Counted from the first letter of the stretch, positions 8,796 to 18,013 are shown. The stretch: DNA of 45,039 nucleotides from a virus (IMGVR_UViG_3300028197_000029:1-45039); one strand, 5' to 3'. Numbers and translations: made by a program. The notes: generated from the letters alone by a model not told the origin.

Positions 8796-10411
8796 TAACT
8801 CTGCAAACTAATTTTAAATGTTATCTCTGCTGTATCACTACTTGTATAGTTTAACATCTTAATAGCTATTGTGTCAACCCCATTTGCACCATCTACATCA
8901 ATTAATTGTGCCGAAAGTATTAAATTTGCTTCATATGCCGAATCACCCTGATAATTGTAGTCATCGACTACACTAATCGTGTTATTGCCTTTATCTAGCT
9001 GTATTTCCATAACACCTGTTCGTTGTGCATTGAATGCCGCACTATTATAACTGTACTCTACATTGTAAACTCTTGAGTAGTCACCTGCTAGTCTAAAAAT
9101 AGTTGTTGCTGTATTCTCTGTAGCTACTGCTACTTTGTGAAATCCTAATGAAGCAGACACTCTTCCTTTAATTTCTGATTTATAAACAGCTGAATTAATA
9201 AATGCTTGTCCGTAAGACAAGTCTTGTGTTCTAGTAAAGTAATCTTCGATTGATCTATTACCTGCGTCTGTAAATTCTATAACTGGATGCTGTGCTGTAG
9301 CTTCTGTTCCGCCTACACAACCTACCCTTGTAAAAATATTATGTGAGCTAACATTACCTGTACCTTTAAGTGATGCAATAGCTTCTTTATCAATATCAGC
9401 AAACTGACATTGTGAAAAGTTATTATTACTAGGACCTGTTGATTGACCTTGTGCTCCTAATACTGTTCCATTACCAAACTGTATTCCGTGTCCACAGTTG
9501 TCAAAATAAGAACAATGAAAATGATTGTTATTACAATCATCATCACTACCCACACCAACTGAGAAACCATCAATCATTACATGATCAAATTTGTTTCTTT
9601 GTGTAGTAACAACAGTACTCAAAGCATCTAACTCAATAGCTCTATTAGTCAATACAGGTGTTGTTCCTGTAGTCCAAGGACCTGTAATCTTAATACCTTT
9701 AAAGTTACTCATTTTACAACTTTGTAACTTAATGGCTACTGCTGATGTTGATGTTGTTGTAATATTAAAACCTTCCATCAAGATATTTGTTGCTTGGTTT
9801 AATGTTGTACTTGAACTGTCATTAGCATAGTTACCTGGTGTACTTGTACTGTTTACTGTTTGAAACAAAGGTCCCGAACCAGTGTGTTCGAATTTAGTCT
9901 TTCCTGAACCTTCTCCAACAATACTTGCATAAGGTGGAACGTAAATTGTTGCTGAAGTTTTATAAACTCCTGCAGGGAAACGTAGTGTAACTCTACTTGC
10001 TTCAGTTCCTTTAGTTGAACTATTAATGTAAAGCTGATCAATGGCTCTTTGGATTTGAACAGTTTGATCAAGTCCATCGCCTTCTGCACCGAATGCTCTA
10101 ATGCTAACGTCTTCGTCTAATCTTTTTTGTAGTGTTCTGGAGATTGGTGAAGTAGAACTTGTACCTGTTTGTACAGTTTGTCCACCTAAGTATGTGTACG
10201 TATCTGCGAGGGTAAACAAATCATCATGTTGTGTAATAACTTTAGTATTACCAACTGCTGGAGCACCTTCTGCAACACTACCATTACCGATAAAAAGCTC
10301 TCTTGAGTCAACTGCCCAACCTAATTCGCCACCTGCAAGTTGCGGAATGCCAGAGCCTTGGTTCTTTTGTCCTCTTCTAATCTGTATGCGTGATATCTGT
10401 ACAACTGCCAC
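8795..10411 (-). CDS. Virion fibre/tailspike-like protein with pectate-lyase-type beta-helix
   Basis: N-terminal ISRIQIRRG...LAGGELGWAVD..ELFIGNG fibre-attachment motif; FGAEGDG..QRAID..LRFPAGVY beta-helix cap; late promoter upstream. Confidence 0.75.
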   Translation of the reverse strand: MAVVQISRIQIRRGQKNQGSGIPQLAGGELGWAVDSRELFIGNGSVAEGAPAVGNTKVITQHDDLFTLADTYTYLGGQTVQTGTSSTSPISRTLQKRLDEDVSIRAFGAEGDGLDQTVQIQRAIDQLYINSSTKGTEASRVTLRFPAGVYKTSATIYVPPYASIVGEGSGKTKFEHTGSGPLFQTVNSTSTPGNYANDSSSTTLNQATNILMEGFNITTTSTSAVAIKLQSCKMSNFKGIKITGPWTTGTTPVLTNRAIELDALSTVVTTQRNKFDHVMIDGFSVGVGSDDDCNNNHFHCSYFDNCGHGIQFGNGTVLGAQGQSTGPSNNNFSQCQFADIDKEAIASLKGTGNVSSHNIFTRVGCVGGTEATAQHPVIEFTDAGNRSIEDYFTRTQDLSYGQAFINSAVYKSEIKGRVSASLGFHKVAVATENTATTIFRLAGDYSRVYNVEYSYNSAAFNAQRTGVMEIQLDKGNNTISVVDDYNYQGDSAYEANLILSAQLIDVDGANGVDTIAIKMLNYTSSDTAEITFKISLQS

Positions 10412-10434
10412 TTTGCTCTCCTTATATAGTGTAT

Positions 10435-11115
10435 TTATGCGAACTTGTCATAATAAGTATACACTCTCTCCCACCATTTTTCTTCCCATTTGTCAAACTC
10501 ATCTGGCCATAGATCAAACTGTTGGTACTGTAAGTCTCTTGAACACATAAAGATGTGTCCTTCGCGTATATTGGTTCCAAATACTTCGTTATGGGCAAGA
10601 GCATATGCTGTTAGCTGTAGATAATAATCGTCAACCCATTCTGCCTTCTTAGGCTTGTTAGTTTGTTTGAAATCCATAATAGCAGGCTGTCCTTTGTATT
10701 GTCCTACAACGTCTGTTGTACCTGCATATATCTTAGGGTGGTATAAGTTAATCTCACTACCCCATATTTCATCTACGTCTGTCATAGCATGTTCTTTAAC
10801 TTGTTCTGCCATTCTATGTGCCTGTTGTGCATATGGGTTTGATCCTGGAGTAGGCCATTCTCCGAACTCAATATAATCTTCTAAATACTTGTGCATACGT
10901 GTACCAACACTAGCCGCTTCAGTAACAATCTCTTGTGCTTTAGCTTCGCCTACTCTCTTACGCCAAGCTATCAAATGGGTCATGTCTTTAGTTTTACTAA
11001 GAATAGTTGTAACACTAGCAACAGCATTACCATCTGGACAGGCGTATAACCGCTTGCCATCCACTTGCTGACGTTTGATTTCTTTGTAATCGTATTTTTC
11101 TGTAATTAAGCTCAT
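10435..11115 (-). CDS. PD-(D/E)XK exonuclease
   Basis: SVTTIL, GTRMHK, AGTTD, IMDFKQ and QLTAYA motifs. Confidence 0.85.
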   Translation of the reverse strand: MSLITEKYDYKEIKRQQVDGKRLYACPDGNAVASVTTILSKTKDMTHLIAWRKRVGEAKAQEIVTEAASVGTRMHKYLEDYIEFGEWPTPGSNPYAQQAHRMAEQVKEHAMTDVDEIWGSEINLYHPKIYAGTTDVVGQYKGQPAIMDFKQTNKPKKAEWVDDYYLQLTAYALAHNEVFGTNIREGHIFMCSRDLQYQQFDLWPDEFDKWEEKWWERVYTYYDKFA

Positions 11116-11867
11116 AAGTTCTCCGTATAATATACTGCTTCTAGTTTAATTGGGTTACTACCTGTTGCATGTCCTGCAACTCTTGTAGAACAATCGCCAC
11201 CAATTCCTTTTAGTAACGCTCTTTCTAGTTGTGCCTGTTCGTATGTTAGTTTGTGGTTTGCCTTGCTAACAATAGTATTAGTTTCTGTATCGTCTTTACG
11301 TGTTTGTAATGCAATAATGCCTTGTCCAACTGCTGGCACAATAGATAGCCGTTCATAGTCTCTTTTTATACTTAATGCATCTAATCCTGCTTCTGCTAGT
11401 ACTAGAGCATCATATTCTCCTGCGTCTAACTTTGCAAGTCTTGTATCAATGTTACCACGTATAGGTTTAATTTGTACATTGACTCCAGAGTATAGTTGTT
11501 CTAGTTGTGCTTTGCGTCTTGGACTGCTTGTACCTATTACAAAGCCATCAAACACTTTGCCAATCAATACATCACTTGGTCTGTTACGTTCTAGTACTGC
11601 ACATATAACCAAGTCAGGATGTTCTGTATCTCCAGGCATATCTTTTAGACTGTGTACTGCAACATCAATATTTCCTTGTAGTAACTCATTTTCAATAGCA
11701 TTACAAAATACACCCTTGCCGCCTATCTCGTGTATTGGAGTATCTGGATTTAGATCTCCTGCTGTTTTTATTACAACAACTTCACCTTCGCCTATTGCTT
11801 CTATTGCTTTGTTTGCATATGCTAAAGCTAACTTGCTACCTCTTACACCGACTCTTATCATGTCCAT
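11112..11867 (-). CDS. hemC: Hydroxymethylbilane synthase (porphobilinogen deaminase), short form
   Basis: RGSKLAL, GGKGVF, AVHSLKDMP, GTSSPRR, IRGNIDTRL and GGDC (cofactor Cys). Confidence 0.95.
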   Translation of the reverse strand: MDMIRVGVRGSKLALAYANKAIEAIGEGEVVVIKTAGDLNPDTPIHEIGGKGVFCNAIENELLQGNIDVAVHSLKDMPGDTEHPDLVICAVLERNRPSDVLIGKVFDGFVIGTSSPRRKAQLEQLYSGVNVQIKPIRGNIDTRLAKLDAGEYDALVLAEAGLDALSIKRDYERLSIVPAVGQGIIALQTRKDDTETNTIVSKANHKLTYEQAQLERALLKGIGGDCSTRVAGHATGSNPIKLEAVYYTENL

Positions 11868-12640
11868 CTAACCGTAGGCGGCAACGACATTAATATAGCG
11901 TCTATGTTGCCTCCAGTTTTAAATCCAAACTTAGTTCCACGATCGTACATAAGATTAAACTCTACATACCTTCCTCGTTTAACTAACTGTGTATTTTTTT
12001 CAGCATCTGTATATTCTAAGTCCTTTGTTTTTAAAACAGTAGACTCAAATAACTCTTTAAATTTTATACCAACATTTCTTACAAAGTCAAAGCTCATATC
12101 TTCAGGGCTACAGTACTCAAAGAATATTCCACCTACACCTCTTGTTTCTTTTCTATGTGGCAAGTAAAAGTATTCGTCACATGCAACACTAAACTTTGGA
12201 TAGTAAGATGTGTCGTATTGATCGCACATTGTCTTTAGCTCTGCATGGTATGCTTCTTTATCAAAGTCCAAGCAAGGAGTAAAGTCCATGCCTCCTCCAA
12301 ACCATTCTATTCCTGTTTTTAAGTATCGTGTGTTAAAATGCATTGCAGGAACTTTAGGGTTTCTAGGATGTAGCACAATGCTTATGCCTGTTGCTAGAAA
12401 CTGTTTACTATCTTCTGTTCCCGGTATTTCTTTAGCAAACTTTGGATCAAACTCTCCTGTTACTTTACTAAAGTTTACAGTACCCTTTTCAAATATATCT
12501 CCGTATATTGTTTTATGAGACTGTTCCCAGCCTTTTTTTGCAGGTTTGTAATGTTCTGTCATAGGGCCGTCAAGTTTTTCAATTGTGCTACAGATTTCAT
12601 ACTGCAACTCTTTAAACCATTCACTGGATTTTTCAAACAT
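11858..12640 (-). CDS. hemF: Oxygen-dependent coproporphyrinogen III oxidase
   Basis: HPRNPKVPAMHFNTRY, WFGGGMD, RGVGGIFF and RGRYVEFNLMYDRGTKFG. Confidence 0.97.
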   Translation of the reverse strand: MFEKSSEWFKELQYEICSTIEKLDGPMTEHYKPAKKGWEQSHKTIYGDIFEKGTVNFSKVTGEFDPKFAKEIPGTEDSKQFLATGISIVLHPRNPKVPAMHFNTRYLKTGIEWFGGGMDFTPCLDFDKEAYHAELKTMCDQYDTSYYPKFSVACDEYFYLPHRKETRGVGGIFFEYCSPEDMSFDFVRNVGIKFKELFESTVLKTKDLEYTDAEKNTQLVKRGRYVEFNLMYDRGTKFGFKTGGNIDAILMSLPPTVRWT

Positions 12641-13617
12641 TAATTAAATCTCTTCCTTATTTCATCTACAAAAATATGTACATGTTCTTCTGGCGTGTCT
12701 TTGTTTATACCGTGTCCTAATCCACATACCCAGCCTGTTCTATCAACACTTTGTAGTTCGTTACAAAACTCTTCTAGTCTATTTCTAAATTCGTTTGTAG
12801 GAAGTAACAATGCTTGTTCGTCAAAGTTTCCTTGAACAAATCCTGTATTAGATTTTTGAAATGTGTCAGATAAACTTTGAGTGCTATCAATAGCAATCCC
12901 GTCCCAACCTAAATCTTTGGTTAGTTCTATAGTTTTTCCCCTAGCATAATATCCTACGTTTGGTCCTACTAGTTCTTTAAGCATAGGAACATAATGATGT
13001 TCATGGTAGTAAAGATTCATATCTGCAACACCACTATCAAATATCATTACCTTTTCAACACCAGCATCAAGTTGTAATTGTATATTGCGTTTTAGTAATG
13101 GAATTATTACATCTTTTAGGTAGCTTGTATAAAATGCACCCTTACCAGTTTTGTTTGTACCTCCTATTGCATATCGTAATACAGTCCACGGGCCTCCTAC
13201 AAATCCAATTAAACTTGTACAACTTCTAAGTTTTGCTCTTGTTGCTTGTATACAATCATGTTGAAACTGCATATGCTCTACTGCTCTGTCTACATCTGAA
13301 TACTTGCCAACGTTATCTTCAGTAACAATATCTCCAAACTTTGGACCTGGGCTAAACTTTAATGGTAGTCCTAGTCCTTCTAGCACATAAAGTATATCGG
13401 AAAACAAAATAGCAACATCTAAGTCAAACTCTTCAACTGGTCCACATGCTACTTCAGCGGCCATCTCTGGTATCTTACATAACTGTTCAAATGTATAGGA
13501 CTGTTTTAAGTTTCTATAATGACTATGATAACGTCCTGCTTGTCTCATATACCATATTGGCGGAGTTGGTTGATTTATTCTGTTACACGCATTTTTAAAT
13601 AATTTATTCATAGTCAA
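12640..13617 (-). CDS. hemE: Uroporphyrinogen decarboxylase
   Basis: PIWYMRQAGRY, AILFSDIL, LIGFVGGPWT, QGNFD and LGHGI. Confidence 0.96.
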   Translation of the reverse strand: MTMNKLFKNACNRINQPTPPIWYMRQAGRYHSHYRNLKQSYTFEQLCKIPEMAAEVACGPVEEFDLDVAILFSDILYVLEGLGLPLKFSPGPKFGDIVTEDNVGKYSDVDRAVEHMQFQHDCIQATRAKLRSCTSLIGFVGGPWTVLRYAIGGTNKTGKGAFYTSYLKDVIIPLLKRNIQLQLDAGVEKVMIFDSGVADMNLYYHEHHYVPMLKELVGPNVGYYARGKTIELTKDLGWDGIAIDSTQSLSDTFQKSNTGFVQGNFDEQALLLPTNEFRNRLEEFCNELQSVDRTGWVCGLGHGINKDTPEEHVHIFVDEIRKRFN

Positions 13618-14230
13618 AATCCCATACTAGTACCCTACGATTATCTTCTGTAGGATAAGTTCCATGCCATACTCGATCGTCCATTACTACAACCCGACCT
13701 GGAGTAGGATGAAACTTATGATCATATGTATAGCCGCTTGGATCTTGCATTAACGTATACAAGCATCCATTCTGTTTATTCTTCTTCGTTGGACGTATGT
13801 CATCAAAAAACATTACGCTCGAGGCAAACCTTTTATTTTGCTGATTCATTTTATTTGTTGAATGAAAGTGTCCAGCCTGCCAACCTCCTGGAAAGTAATT
13901 AATGGTCCAGGCATTATATTTTTGGTTGTCTGTCTTGTCTGTAATTTGTTTAATCGGTGCTTCTATTTGTTTAAAAATATCTAACAACCAAAGTTTATAG
14001 TCTTCTCGTTCTTTGGTCCATTCATTTAGTTCTAAAGATTTTTGTATTCCGTTCATAGTAAGTGTACCATCTGTTATGTCGGCATCACTAAAGTCAAAGA
14101 ACTTTTCTAAGTCTTTATAATTTGGGTATACAGCACTAACCACCCAATGTTGGTTAGGAACTACATATAGATCTATTTCATTAATCTTTCGTAGTAGACT
14201 CATCGTCATTCCAACTTTCATACTGATCAA
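13604..14230 (-). CDS. 2OG-Fe(II) oxygenase-like protein
   Basis: AWTINY..GGWQAGHFH ... VWHG..P...RRVLVWD double-stranded beta-helix pattern; true start may be slightly downstream. Confidence 0.7.
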   Translation of the reverse strand: MISMKVGMTMSLLRKINEIDLYVVPNQHWVVSAVYPNYKDLEKFFDFSDADITDGTLTMNGIQKSLELNEWTKEREDYKLWLLDIFKQIEAPIKQITDKTDNQKYNAWTINYFPGGWQAGHFHSTNKMNQQNKRFASSVMFFDDIRPTKKNKQNGCLYTLMQDPSGYTYDHKFHPTPGRVVVMDDRVWHGTYPTEDNRRVLVWDFDYE

Positions 14231-14570
14231 AGTTTTCCATAAATGGGTCTCTTGAATAATAAGGATCTACCATTGAATCTGGATCATCTTCTGCTGTGAT
14301 TGTATGTACTTCAGGGACATAATGTTTAACCATGTTTTCAACACCCATCTTAAGAGTTATTGTACTACTGGCACATCCACTACACGCACCACCCAATATA
14401 AGACGAAGGTGTCCTTCTTTGTAATCAACAAAGTCGATTACTCCACCGTGGCTATCTACTGCTGGTTTAACGTATTCATCTAGTATTTTTTTGATTTGAG
14501 CAATAATCTCTTCATTAGATCTGTCTTTGCCCATTGCTGATTTTTCTTCGTATTCGGTAGATTCCGTCAT
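14181..14570 (-). CDS. nfuA: NifU/NfuA C-terminal domain Fe-S carrier
   Basis: VKPAVDSHGG...GACSGCASSTITLKMGVE. Confidence 0.9.
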   Translation of the reverse strand: MTESTEYEEKSAMGKDRSNEEIIAQIKKILDEYVKPAVDSHGGVIDFVDYKEGHLRLILGGACSGCASSTITLKMGVENMVKHYVPEVHTITAEDDPDSMVDPYYSRDPFMENFDQYESWNDDESTTKD

Positions 14571-14623
14571 ATATCACTCCTAATATTGCTATTATATAGC
14601 AGTATTTAATAAATGTCAAGTGT

Positions 14624-14929
14624 TTATTTGAGTGATTTGGCGGCCGCTCTTGAGGCCATTTTATCAACAGTTTGATCTTCTGGAGGACTTTTAGGAATAT
14701 TACCACCCTTCAAAGTCACTCCAGTATCATCCCATTTGTCAGCTAAATTAGAAACTGCATCATCATTATTGTGAGCCTGTGTAAAACTATCTTGATCAAA
14801 GTGTTCGCCTCCCATATTAGCCATTATGGAATTTAACTCATCCCATGTAATATGTGTTGAGCCTTGTTCAACTTTTAGTTTAAGTACGTCTGATAATTGA
14901 CTTGAAAGTTCTTCAGTAAAGGTTAGTCT
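14624..14929 (-). CDS. Hypothetical protein, probably reached by -1 frameshift from the upstream gene (first in-frame ATG at 14824)
   Basis: Frame is open from 14983 with no ATG/GTG/TTG before 14824 and overlaps the 9-A run at the end of the upstream gene. Confidence 0.6.
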   Translation of the reverse strand, partial: RLTFTEELSSQLSDVLKLKVEQGSTHITWDELNSIMANMGGEHFDQDSFTQAHNNDDAVSNLADKWDDTGVTLKGGNIPKSPPEDQTVDKMASRAAAKSLK

Positions 14930-15822
14930 TTTTTTTTCGAATCTGCTAGTAGCAAACCTAAACGCTTTGAAAGCTCTATACTTTCACGTTTGCCTCTATC
15001 GTCCGGTTCATCACCGCCTGCGGATGCGTCTGCTGTTCCAAACTCGTCATCCATATCGCCTTCGGGTGCTTCTGCTTCCGCATCTGCATCAACTGTTGGC
15101 TCCATGTCCATATCGTCGTCTGCAGGTGCTTCGTCACCCATTGTGTCTGGTGCGCCTTCGCCCGTTAAGATAGCTACGCCACCTGTCAGTGCGTCTCTTG
15201 TTGTTTCCAGTGCTCCAAATAGGTCTCCTAGTGCTGGCTTAACAGTATTAATAAATTGCTCGGACATTTCTACGCCCATTTCATCTCTAATCTTGTCGCC
15301 AATTTCTAGCATTGATTCTGTTTGCATTTCTGCTGTGTCTTCCATCCAGCCTGTTACTCTATCTACCATGTCCTTTGCGGCCATAGTAAGTGCGGCCTGT
15401 TCTTCAGCGCCTTCTTTAACATTTTTCTTAAACTGTGGAGGTACTACGCCTTTTTTAGGTTTTTTACCTTTGCCTTTGCCTGCATCTTTAGCGGCTTTTT
15501 TCATTGGCTCTTTTTTATCGCCATCTTTGTCTATATCTAAAAAGTCTGGTTTGCCTGCTTCGTCGAGATCTTCTCTCTCTGCAATAGCGGCATTAATTAC
15601 GTCAAGGAATAATTTGCTTTTTTGATATGTTTCATTCTTAGTAACTGATTCATAACTCTCATTAGTTTCTACTTGCGAAAGTTGTGTTCTAAGTCTATTA
15701 CGAGCGTCCAATAACTGCTCAGTGGTAAACTTTGATGTGTCGATCTTTGCACCATATTTTTTAGCTAGAGTTTCATTTAAACTCTCTAATGTAATTGGCT
15801 TTGAAAACTCGTTTAATTTCAT
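14923..15822 (-). CDS. Acidic putative prohead core/scaffold-like protein
   Basis: MKLNEF start, DIDKDGDKKEPMKKAAKD segment, helical middle and very acidic C-terminus. Confidence 0.55.
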   Translation of the reverse strand: MKLNEFSKPITLESLNETLAKKYGAKIDTSKFTTEQLLDARNRLRTQLSQVETNESYESVTKNETYQKSKLFLDVINAAIAEREDLDEAGKPDFLDIDKDGDKKEPMKKAAKDAGKGKGKKPKKGVVPPQFKKNVKEGAEEQAALTMAAKDMVDRVTGWMEDTAEMQTESMLEIGDKIRDEMGVEMSEQFINTVKPALGDLFGALETTRDALTGGVAILTGEGAPDTMGDEAPADDDMDMEPTVDADAEAEAPEGDMDDEFGTADASAGGDEPDDRGKRESIELSKRLGLLLADSKKKD

Positions 15823-15851
15823 AGTTCTTAATCCTTTAACGTATTATACTT

Positions 15852-16280
15852 TTATTTATCAAAGATATACCATTCTATCTCACTTAAAGCGGTCCAGGCC
15901 GCATCACAAGCTAAATCAAACCGTGTTCTAGCGGCTCCTACAGTAACTTCGTCTCTACCTCTTGCTATAGTTCTTTTATAAAACTGTGCATCCATATAGT
16001 GTTTAGCTACCTTATCGTCTAATCGTACAATATCTTTAACTTTATTCTCTCTATGCTCAACTATAACCTTGGCTATAGCAACTGCACCTGTTTTAGATAA
16101 TGTCCTTGCTATATGTTCATGTGTTCTACAATTAAACACTTGATAACCGTGTTTATTCTTTCTTATAATAATATGTTTAATTCTAATGCTGTTTCCCTTT
16201 TCGTAGGGGATAGCAACTTGCTCAATGTTTGCTTGAACAATTTCCTCGAGGTCTTGTGCTAGGGATTCATTGATATTCAT
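15852..16280 (-). CDS. Hypothetical protein (late cluster)
   Basis: 142-aa ORF in a tightly packed operon. Confidence 0.75.
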   Translation of the reverse strand: MNINESLAQDLEEIVQANIEQVAIPYEKGNSIRIKHIIIRKNKHGYQVFNCRTHEHIARTLSKTGAVAIAKVIVEHRENKVKDIVRLDDKVAKHYMDAQFYKRTIARGRDEVTVGAARTRFDLACDAAWTALSEIEWYIFDK

Positions 16281-16473
16281 TGGCTAATACCATTACAGTT
16301 TTTTCTCTTACTATCTTACTTACTAAAGCCTTACGTATAAGGGTCTCTAATATGAATTGCTCTCTAGGGGTAAAACTGTGGAATGATCTTAGCTGTTTGC
16401 ATTTACTTAATACTTCTTTTTCTTCAGAAGTAGTAAAAACATTAAAATCTGATATTAGTTCATTTAACTTCAT
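16267..16473 (-). CDS. Hypothetical protein (late cluster)
   Basis: 68 aa, MKLNEL start. Confidence 0.75.
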   Translation of the reverse strand: MKLNELISDFNVFTTSEEKEVLSKCKQLRSFHSFTPREQFILETLIRKALVSKIVREKTVMVLANEYQ

Positions 16474-16928
16474 TATATGCCTGCGGCTTGTTTAACAGCC
16501 TGTTGTATTGCAGGATCGTTTTTGTCGTGTACTGTTGCTTTTGGTTCGCCTGGCTTTGCTTTAGGATTAGATAACGTAACGTCATTACCTTTCATCTGAT
16601 CAATCTTTAATTCTACTCCACCAACTGGTAAAGTAGTTCCTGGCTTGAGTACTTTATTAGCTACATTGGCAACTGCTTTTGCTCCTGCCTGTGCGGCTTT
16701 CTTTGCTACTGCTGTTCCGCCTTTTTGCGCCGCTCCAGCTACTGCGTTTGCACCCATCTTAGCCGCTCCAATTGCACCTTTGCTTGCCATCTTTGCTCCG
16801 GCTACACCTATTTTGCCTGCGGCTTGTGCACCTTTTGCTCCTGCTTTTGCCATTGCGGCTCCAACTGGGGCTATTACAGCCATTGGTGCTAGTTCGTCTG
16901 TTCTTGATTTAAATTCGTTGAATCTCAT
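16473..16928 (-). CDS. Ala/Gly/Lys-rich putative internal head protein
   Basis: MRFNEF start; low-complexity AKG repeats. Confidence 0.65.
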   Translation of the reverse strand: MRFNEFKSRTDELAPMAVIAPVGAAMAKAGAKGAQAAGKIGVAGAKMASKGAIGAAKMGANAVAGAAQKGGTAVAKKAAQAGAKAVANVANKVLKPGTTLPVGGVELKIDQMKGNDVTLSNPKAKPGEPKATVHDKNDPAIQQAVKQAAGI

Positions 16929-17236
16929 TTTAATCTCCTAGACTTAGTACGTTTTGTAGGTTTAAGTCGACCTTTGTTTAACCTTGTAATACGCATTGAA
17001 GTTGGACTAGTGCGTTTTCTAAATTTAGTTCTAACTTTCATTTGTGTGCCACGTCTTGCTTTTGCTTTTTTAAGTGCAAGAGAACTTTTTACTCTCTTTG
17101 GAGCAGTACATGTCTGCGGACTTGCAACAATACGACCTTTACGAGTACCGCTTGTACATCTATATTTTCGAACTACTTTACCTTTGCTTCTACCAAAGAT
17201 TTGTACCGCGCCTTCGACTACATCAGTTACTTGCAT
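16925..17236 (-). CDS. Highly basic protein, paralogue of 17426-17710
   Basis: RKYRCTSGTRKGRIV...CTAP. Confidence 0.75.
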   Translation of the reverse strand: MQVTDVVEGAVQIFGRSKGKVVRKYRCTSGTRKGRIVASPQTCTAPKRVKSSLALKKAKARRGTQMKVRTKFRKRTSPTSMRITRLNKGRLKPTKRTKSRRLK

Positions 17237-17426
17237 GTCTACTCCCTAAGATACTTTTTATTACATTAGTTGTAGTATGTGTAAATAGCCTTGGTGCAAT
17301 ACTGTGAATAATTAATGCTGGTACTAGTAATTGTAGTTTACCAGCCGTCTTTAACGCAACCATCATATGTTGCAATGGTGTTTGTTCGACTTCTTGTAAA
17401 TGTAACTTACATTGTTTACTAAGCAT
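17223..17426 (-). CDS. Small protein, DUF6356-like
   Basis: HLQEVEQTPLQHM...LIIHSIAPRLF pattern; overlaps both neighbours as a coupled gene. Confidence 0.55.
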   Translation of the reverse strand: MLSKQCKLHLQEVEQTPLQHMMVALKTAGKLQLLVPALIIHSIAPRLFTHTTTNVIKSILGSRHASN

Positions 17427-17710
17427 TACCTTCTTCTCTTGTTTAATCTTTTAAGTGCAATTGACGCAGGATTGGTACGTTTAGTTCGTAGTGCCTTACG
17501 TGTAATCCTAGCACCTAGTCTAGCTCTAGTCTTCTTCATACTCATTCTAGCTTTCATGTTGGGTGCGGCAAAACATTGAGCTATCTTGGAAACAATACGT
17601 CCGTGACGTCTTCCTCCCGCACATCTATATTTGCGAACTATTTTTTTGCCTTTACGAGCCCAAATTTGCTTTTCATTTAGGTCAGACGTTGTGATCTCAT
17701 TTACTAACAT
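17426..17710 (-). CDS. Highly basic protein, paralogue of 16925-17236
   Basis: RKYRCAGGRRHGRIV...CFAAP; ATAAATA late motif just upstream. Confidence 0.75.
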   Translation of the reverse strand: MLVNEITTSDLNEKQIWARKGKKIVRKYRCAGGRRHGRIVSKIAQCFAAPNMKARMSMKKTRARLGARITRKALRTKRTNPASIALKRLNKRRR

Positions 17711-17730
17711 AAATGTATTTATTCGGAAAA

Positions 17731-17991
17731 TTAATTAAAGGATATTAAAAGGACGACAATAGTTGAAAGAAGTCCTGCAACAATAGTACCTGTTGCACCA
17801 ATAATGACTTTCATCATAGACTTATTACCAGCTGTAATGTCAATGTGAATATGTTCAACTTTTGCTTCAATTTTGTCTAAGCGATTTTCAAGGTTGATAT
17901 ATCTCTGTTCACACATATCAACATGTGCTTCTAGGTTTTCTCGCTCTAAACTTGTGGCTTTTGCCATATGTTCTCTCCAATGGGGGTACAC
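17731..17991 (-). CDS. Coiled-coil protein with C-terminal transmembrane helix (likely start 17967)
   Basis: SLERENLEAHVDMCEQRY...; hydrophobic tail; GGAG RBS before the internal ATG. Confidence 0.7.
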   Translation of the reverse strand: MYPHWREHMAKATSLERENLEAHVDMCEQRYINLENRLDKIEAKVEHIHIDITAGNKSMMKVIIGATGTIVAGLLSTIVVLLISFN

Positions 17992-18013
17992 TCTGTACCT
18001 ATATTACATTGGC

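Noticed and set aside
10435-11115. Nuclease as Cas4
   Set aside because: It lacks the four-Cys Fe-S cluster pattern and has no CRISPR context; it is a generic phage PD-(D/E)XK exonuclease.
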